Assembly (NCBI GenBank): GCA_964057225.1
Contig: OZ059894.1
Location: 18,848,001-18,912,000, forward strand
DNA length: 64,000 bases
Direction of reading: 5' to 3'
From: Auanema rhodensis
Lineage: Eukaryota > Animalia > Nematoda
The notes under the pieces are model-generated. The model ran no database searches, had not been told where the DNA came from, and saw only the letters and a program-made list of their open reading frames with translations. The position numbers and the translations under genes were made by a program. Numbering within the stretch: the first letter of the stretch is position 1; each line of letters opens with the position of its first letter. This document shows, piece after piece, positions 57,001 to 64,000 of this stretch.

Positions 57001-60000
57001 TGTTTTTAGATTCCTTTTTTCAAGGCAAAGACGATGGACAATGTTATTCAACGAAAAAAATAATTCTTCAGGGTGAAAATCGAGGATATAAGTGTGAACT
57101 TATATCAGTTGATATCTCGGTGCATTTTTAAGCTAGCGCAAATCTGATAACACAGATCGACGCAGCTTAAAAATCCGCATCGAATGCACTATACTACATT
57201 GAGAAACGCTTAATACAAAAATTAGTTATGATCGTTTGAAAAATGATGCATTAGTGTATGTTGAGTTTCCATGTACACTCAACATTGCTTCCAAAAACAT
57301 TTTGACAAAAATTTTTTCGAAAAATTTCAAAATAATTTAGCAAAAAGTAGATGTTTTTAGATTCCTTTTTTCAAGGCAAAGACGATGGACAATGTTATTC
57401 AACGAAAAAAATAATTCTTCAGGGTGAAAATCGAGGATATAAGTGTGAACTTATATCAGTTGATATCTCGGTGCATTTTTAAGCTAGCGCAAATCTGATA
57501 ACACAGATCGACGCAGCTTAAAAATCCGCATCGAATGCACTATACTACATTGAGAAACGCTTAATACAAAAATTAGTTATGATCGTTTGAAAAATGATGC
57601 ATTAGTGTATGTTGAGTTTCCATGTACACTCAACATTGCTTCCAAAAACATTTTGACAAAAATTTTTTCGAAAAATTTCAAAATAATTTAGCAAAAAGTA
57701 GATGTTTTTAGATTCCTTTTTTCAAGGCAAAGACGATGGACAATGTTATTCAACGAAAAAAATAATTCTTCAGGGTGAAAATCGAGGATATAAGTGTGAA
57801 CTTATATCAGTTGATATCTCGGTGCATTTTTAAGCTAGCGCAAATCTGATAACACAGATCGACGCAGCTTAAAAATCCGCATCGAATGCACTATACTACA
57901 TTGAGAAACGCTTAATACAAAAATTAGTTATGATCGTTTGAAAAATGATGCATTAGTGTATGTTGAGTTTCCATGTACACTCAACATTGCTTCCAAAAAC
58001 ATTTTGAGAAAAATTTTTTCGAAAAATTTCAAAATAATTTAGCAAAAAGTAGATGTTTTTGGATTCCTTTTTTCAAGGCAAAGACGATGGACAATGTTAT
58101 TCAACGAAAAAAATAATTCTTCAGGGTGAAAATCGAGGATATAAGTGTGAACTTATATCAGTTGATATCTCGGTGCATTTTTAAGTTAGCGCAAATCTGA
58201 TAACACAGATCGACGCAGCTTAAAAATCCGCATCGAATGCACTATACTACATTGAGAAACGCTTAATACAAAAATTAGTTATGATCGTTTGAAAAATGAT
58301 GCATTAGTGTATGTTGAGTTTCCATGTACACTCAACATTGCTTCCAAAAACATTTTGAGAAAAATTTTTTCGAAAAATTTCAAAATAATTTAGCAAAAAG
58401 TAGATGTTTTTAGATTCCTTTTTTCAAGGCAAAGACGATGGACAATGTTATTCAACGAAAAAAATAATTCTTCAGGGTGAAAATCGAGGATATAAGTGTG
58501 AACTTATATCAGTTGATATCTCGGTGCATTTTTAAGCTAGCGCAAATCTGATAACACAGATCGACGCAGCTTAAAAATCCGCATCGAATGCACTATACTA
58601 CATTGAGAAACGCTTAATACAAAAATTAGTTATGATCGTTTGAAAAATGATGCATTAGTGTATGTTGAGTTTCCATGTACACTCAACATTGCTTCCAAAA
58701 ACATTTTGACAAAAATTTTTTCGAAAAATTTCAGAATAATTTAGCAAAAAGTAGATGTTTTTAGATTCCTTTTTTCGAGGCAAAGACGATGGACAATGTT
58801 ATTCAACGAAAAAAATAATTCTTCAGGGTGAAAATCGAGGATATAAGTGTGAACTTATATCAGTTGATATCTCGGTGCATTTTTAAGCTAGCGCAAATCT
58901 GATAACACAGATCGACGCAGCTTAAAAATCCGCATCGAATGCACTATACTACATTGAGAAACGCTTAATACAAAAATTAGTTATGATCGTTTGAAAAATG
59001 ATGCATTAGTGTATGTTGAGTTTCCATGTACACTCAACATTGCTTCCAAAAACATTTTGAGAAAAATTTTTTCGAAAAATTTCAAAATAATTTAGCAAAA
59101 AGTAGATGTTTTTGGATTCCTTTTTTCAAGGCAAAGACGATGGACAATGTTATTCAACGAAAAAAATAATTCTTCAGGGTGAAAATCGAGGATATAAGTG
59201 TGAACTTATATCAGTTGATATCTCGGTGCATTTTTAAGTTAGCGCAAATCTGATAACACAGATCGACGCAGCTTAAAAATCCGCATCGAATGCACTATAC
59301 TACATTGAGAAACGCTTAATACAAAAATTAGTTATGATCGTTTGAAAAATGATGCATTAGTGTATGTTGAGTTTCCATGTACACTCAACATTGCTTCCAA
59401 AAACATTTTGAGAAAAATTTTTTCGAAAAATTTCAAAATAATTTAGCAAAAAGTAGATGTTTTTGGATTCCTTTTTTCAAGGCAAAGACGATGGACAATG
59501 TTATTCAACGAAAAAAATAATTCTTCAGGGTGAAAATCGAGGATATAAGTGTGAACTTATATCAGTTGATATCTCGGTGCATTTTTAAGTTAGCGCAAAT
59601 CTGATAACACAGATCGACGCAGCTTAAAAATCCGCATCGAATGCACTATACTACATTGAGAAACGCTTAATACAAAAATTAGTTATGATCGTTTGAAAAA
59701 TGATGCATTAGTGTATGTTGAGTTTCCATGTACACTCAACATTGCTTCCAAAAACATTTTGAGAAAAATTTTTTCGAAAAATTTCAAAATAATTTAGCAA
59801 AAAGTAGATGTTTTTGGATTCCTTTTTTCAAGGCAAAGACGATGGACAATGTTATTCAACGAAAAAAATAATTCTTCAGGGTGAAAATCGAGGATATAAG
59901 TGTGAACTTATATCAGTTGATATCTCGGTGCATTTTTAAGTTAGCGCAAATCTGATAACACAGATCGACGCAGCTTAAAAATCCGCATCGAATGCACTAT

Positions 60001-60023
60001 ACTACATTGAGAAACGCTTAATA
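48090..60023 (+). repeat. Regional subfamily domain enriched for the C91G+A144G+C269T monomer (13 copies counted)
   Basis: TTGAGAAA, TTTTGGATT and AAGTTAGC occur together in M138, 143, 144, 149, 150, 155, 159-161, 166 and 169-171. Not seen before 48 kb. Confidence 0.88.
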
Positions 60024-60374
60024 CAAAAATTAGTTATGATCGTTTGAAAAATGATGCATTAGTGTATGTTGAGTTTCCATGTACACTCAACATTGCTTCC
60101 AAAAACATTTTGAGAAAAATTTTTTCGAAAAATTTCAGAATAATTTAGCGAAAAGTAGATGTTTTTAGATTCTTTTTCTCAAGGCAAAAACGATGGACAA
60201 TGTTATTCAACGAAAAATTTAATTCTTCAGGGTGAAAATTGAGGATATAAGTGTGAACTTATATCAGTTGATATCTCGGTGCATTTTTAAGCTAGCGCAA
60301 ATCTGTTAACACAGATCGACGCAGCTTAAAAATCCGCATCGAATGCACTATACTACATTGAGAAACGCTTAATA
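60024..60374 (+). repeat. Diverged monomer M172 (~10 substitutions)
   Basis: C91G, A115G, A127G, C150T, T155C, G166A, A195T, A196T, C217T, A283T. Confidence 0.9.
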
Positions 60375-62480
60375 CAAAAATTAGTTATGATCGTTTGAAA
60401 AATGATGCATTAGTGTATGTTGAGTTTCCATGTACACTCAACATTGCTTCCAAAAACATTTTGACAAAAATTTTTTCGAAAAATTTCAAAATAATTTAGC
60501 AAAAAGTAGATGTTTTTAGATTCCTTTTTTCAAGGCAAAGACGATGGACAATGTTATTCAACGAAAAAAATAATTCTTCAGGGTGAAAATCGAGGATATA
60601 AGTGTGAACTTATATCAGTTGATATCTCGGTGCATTTTTAAGCTAGCGCAAATCTGATAACACAGATCGACGCAGCTTAAAAATCCGCATCGAATGCACT
60701 ATACTACATTGAGAAACGCTTAATACAAAAATTAGTTATGATCGTTTGAAAAATGATGCATTAGTGTATGTTGAGTTTCCATGTACACTCAACATTGCTT
60801 CCAAAAACATTTTGACAAAAATTTTTTCGAAAAATTTCAAAATAATTTAGCAAAAAGTAGATGTTTTTAGATTCCTTTTTTCAAGGCAAAGACGATGGAC
60901 AATGTTATTCAACGAAAAAAATAATTCTTCAGGGTGAAAATCGAGGATATAAGTGTGAACTTATATCAGTTGATATCTCGGTGCATTTTTAAGCTAGCGC
61001 AAATCTGATAACACAGATCGACGCAGCTTAAAAATCCGCATCGAATGCACTATACTACATTGAGAAACGCTTAATACAAAAATTAGTTATGATCGTTTGA
61101 AAAATGATGCATTAGTGTATGTTGAGTTTCCATGTACACTCAACATTGCTTCCAAAAACATTTTGACAAAAATTTTTTCGAAAAATTTCAAAATAATTTA
61201 GCAAAAAGTAGATGTTTTTAGATTCCTTTTTTCAAGGCAAAGACGATGGACAATGTTATTCAACGAAAAAAATAATTCTTCAGGGTGAAAATCGAGGATA
61301 TAAGTGTGAACTTATATCAGTTGATATCTCGGTGCATTTTTAAGCTAGCGCAAATCTGATAACACAGATCGACGCAGCTTAAAAATCCGCATCGAATGCA
61401 CTATACTACATTGAGAAACGCTTAATACAAAAATTAGTTATGATCGTTTGAAAAATGATGCATTAGTGTATGTTGAGTTTCCATGTACACTCAACATTGC
61501 TTCCAAAAACATTTTGACAAAAATTTTTTCGAAAAATTTCAAAATAATTTAGCAAAAAGTAGATGTTTTTGGATTCCTTTTTTCAAGGCAAAGACGATGG
61601 ACAATGTTATTCAACGAAAAAAATAATTCTTCAGGGTGAAAATCGAGGATATAAGTGTGAACTTATATCAGTTGATATCTCGGTGCATTTTTAAGTTAGC
61701 GCAAATCTGATAACACAGATCGACGCAGCTTAAAAATCCGCATCGAATGCACTATACTACATTGAGAAACGCTTAATACAAAAATTAGTTATGATCGTTT
61801 GAAAAATGATGCATTAGTGTATGTTGAGTTTCCATGTACACTCAACATTGCTTCCAAAAACATTTTGACAAAAATTTTTTCGAAAAATTTCAAAATAATT
61901 TAGCAAAAAGTAGATGTTTTTAGATTCCTTTTTTCAAGGCAAAGACGATGGACAATGTTATTCAACGAAAAAAATAATTCTTCAGGGTGAAAATCGAGGA
62001 TATAAGTGTGAACTTATATCAGTTGATATCTCGGTGCATTTTTAAGCTAGCGCAAATCTGATAACACAGATCGACGCAGCTTAAAAATCCGCATCGAATG
62101 CACTATACTACATTGAGAAACGCTTAATACAAAAATTAGTTATGATCGTTTGAAAAATGATGCATTAGTGTATGTTGAGTTTCCATGTACACTCAACATT
62201 GCTTCCAAAAACATTTTGAGAAAAATTTTTTCGAAAAATTTCAAAATAATTTAGCAAAAAGTAGATGTTTTTAGATTCCTTTTTTCAAGGCAAAGACGAT
62301 GGACAATGTTATTCAACGAAAAAAATAATTCTTCAGGGTGAAAATCGAGGATATAAGTGTGAACTTATATCAGTTGATATCTCGGTGCATTTTTAAGCTA
62401 GCGCAAATCTGTTAACACAGATCGACGCAGCTTAAAAATCCGCATCGAATGCACTATACTACATTGAGAAACGCTTAATA

Positions 62481-62831
62481 CAAAAATTAGTTATGATCGT
62501 TTGAAAAATGATGCATTAGTGTATGTTGAGTTTCCATGTACACTCAACATTGCTTCCAAAAACATTTTGACAAAAATTTTTTCGAAAAATTTCAGAATAA
62601 TTTAGCGAAAAGTAGATGTTTTTAGATTCTTTTTCTCAAGGCAAAAACGATGGACAATGTTATTCAACGAAAAATTTAATTCTTCAGGGTGAAAATTGAG
62701 GATATAAGTGTGAACTTATATCAGTTGATATCTCGGTGCATTTTTAAGCTAGCGCAAATCTGTTAACACAGATCAACGCAGCTTAAAAATCCGCATCGAA
62801 TGCACTATACTACATTGAGAAACGCTTAATA
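62481..62831 (+). repeat. Diverged monomer M179 (~10 substitutions), sister of M172
   Basis: Shares nine substitutions with M172, lacks C91G and adds G295A. Confidence 0.9.
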
Positions 62832-64000
62832 CAAAAATTAGTTATGATCGTTTGAAAAATGATGCATTAGTGTATGTTGAGTTTCCATGTACACTCAACA
62901 TTGCTTCCAAAAACATTTTGACAAAAATTTTTTCGAAAAATTTCAAAATAATTTAGCAAAAAGTAGATGTTTTTAGATTCCTTTTTTCAAGGCAAAGACG
63001 ATGGACAATGTTATTCAACGAAAAAATTAATTCTTCAGGGTGAAAATCGAGGATATAAGTGTGAACTTATATCAGTTGATATCTCGGTGCATTTTTAAGC
63101 TAGCGCAAATCTGATAACACAGATCGACGCAGCTTAAAAATCCGCATCGAATGCACTATACTACATTGAGAAACGCTTAATACAAAAATTAGTTATGATC
63201 GTTTGAAAAATGATGCATTAGTGTATGTTGAGTTTCCATGTACACTCAACATTGCTTCCAAAAACATTTTGACAAAAATTTTTTCGAAAAATTTCAAAAT
63301 AATTTAGCAAAAAGTAGATGTTTTTAGATTCCTTTTTTCAAGGCAAAGACGATGGACAATGTTATTCAACGAAAAAAATAATTCTTCAGGGTGAAAATCG
63401 AGGATATAAGTGTGAACTTATATCAGTTGATATCTCGGTGCATTTTTAAGCTAGCGCAAATCTGATAACACAGATCGACGCAGCTTAAAAATCCGCATCG
63501 AATGCACTATACTACATTGAGAAACGCTTAATACAAAAATTAGTTATGATCGTTTGAAAAATGATGCATTAGTGTATGTTGAGTTTCCATGTACACTCAA
63601 CATTGCTTCCAAAAACATTTTGACAAAAATTTTTTCGAAAAATTTCAAAATAATTTAGCAAAAAGTAGATGTTTTTAGATTCCTTTTTTCAAGGCAAAGA
63701 CGATGGACAATGTTATTCAACGAAAAAAATAATTCTTCAGGGTGAAAATCGAGGATATAAGTGTGAACTTATATCAGTTGATATCTCGGTGCATTTTTAA
63801 GCTAGCGCAAATCTGATAACACAGATCGACGCAGCTTAAAAATCCGCATCGAATGCACTATACTACATTGAGAAACGCTTAATACAAAAATTAGTTATGA
63901 TCGTTTGAAAAATGATGCATTAGTGTATGTTGAGTTTCCATGTACACTCAACATTGCTTCCAAAAACATTTTGACAAAAATTTTTTCGAAAAATTTCAAA

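Larger units (their letters stand above)
1..64000. repeat. Tandem satellite DNA array, 351-bp monomer, ~182.3 head-to-tail copies, open at both window ends
   Basis: CAAAAATTAGTTATGATCG recurs at 1, 352, 704, 1055 ... 4565, 4917 and then every 351 bp to 63885. All copies have the same orientation, no unique sequence lies between them, and identity to consensus is ~97-100%. Confidence 0.99.

Noticed and set aside
1-64000. CRISPR array or other repeat-spacer system
   Set aside because: The hairpins resemble palindromic repeats, but the intervening sequence is identical in every unit. There are no unique spacers and no cas genes.
1-64000. Purely artefactual concatemer (rolling-circle amplification or collapsed assembly)
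   Set aside because: Variants are linked, regionally clustered and hierarchically duplicated, as expected of an evolved array rather than random errors on one template. Local copy number could still be misassembled.
1-64000. Hidden insertion, inversion or single fixed-period HOR across the window
   Set aside because: The 351-bp register is unbroken and all units share one orientation. Duplication offsets vary (2, 5, 6, 10, 11, 12, 18 monomers) rather than forming one period.

Overview
The whole 64 kb window is one uninterrupted head-to-tail tandem array of a 351-bp AT-rich monomer (about 31% GC by hand count). It holds 182 full copies plus a 116-bp partial copy and runs off both window edges. 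This is most consistent with eukaryotic satellite DNA (heterochromatic or possibly centromeric); I cannot name the family or species. There are no credible genes, RNA genes, CRISPR arrays, transposon insertions or inversions. The four 63-aa ORFs come from one TAG->CAG variant. Most monomers differ from consensus by 0-3 bases and the most diverged by about 10. The interesting structure has three parts. (1) Each monomer contains four dyad symmetries, including a 51-bp imperfect hairpin. (2) Variants are spread very unevenly within the monomer. (3) Diagnostic variants record nested multi-monomer duplications (2-, 5-, 6-, 11-, 12- and 18-monomer offsets) and regional subfamilies. I found no convincing evidence of a novel protein-coding system. 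Notation: Mn = nth monomer; variants use consensus position with M1 = 1..351; for n>=15, Mn starts at 351*(n-1)+3. All variant calls were read by eye and some may be missed.
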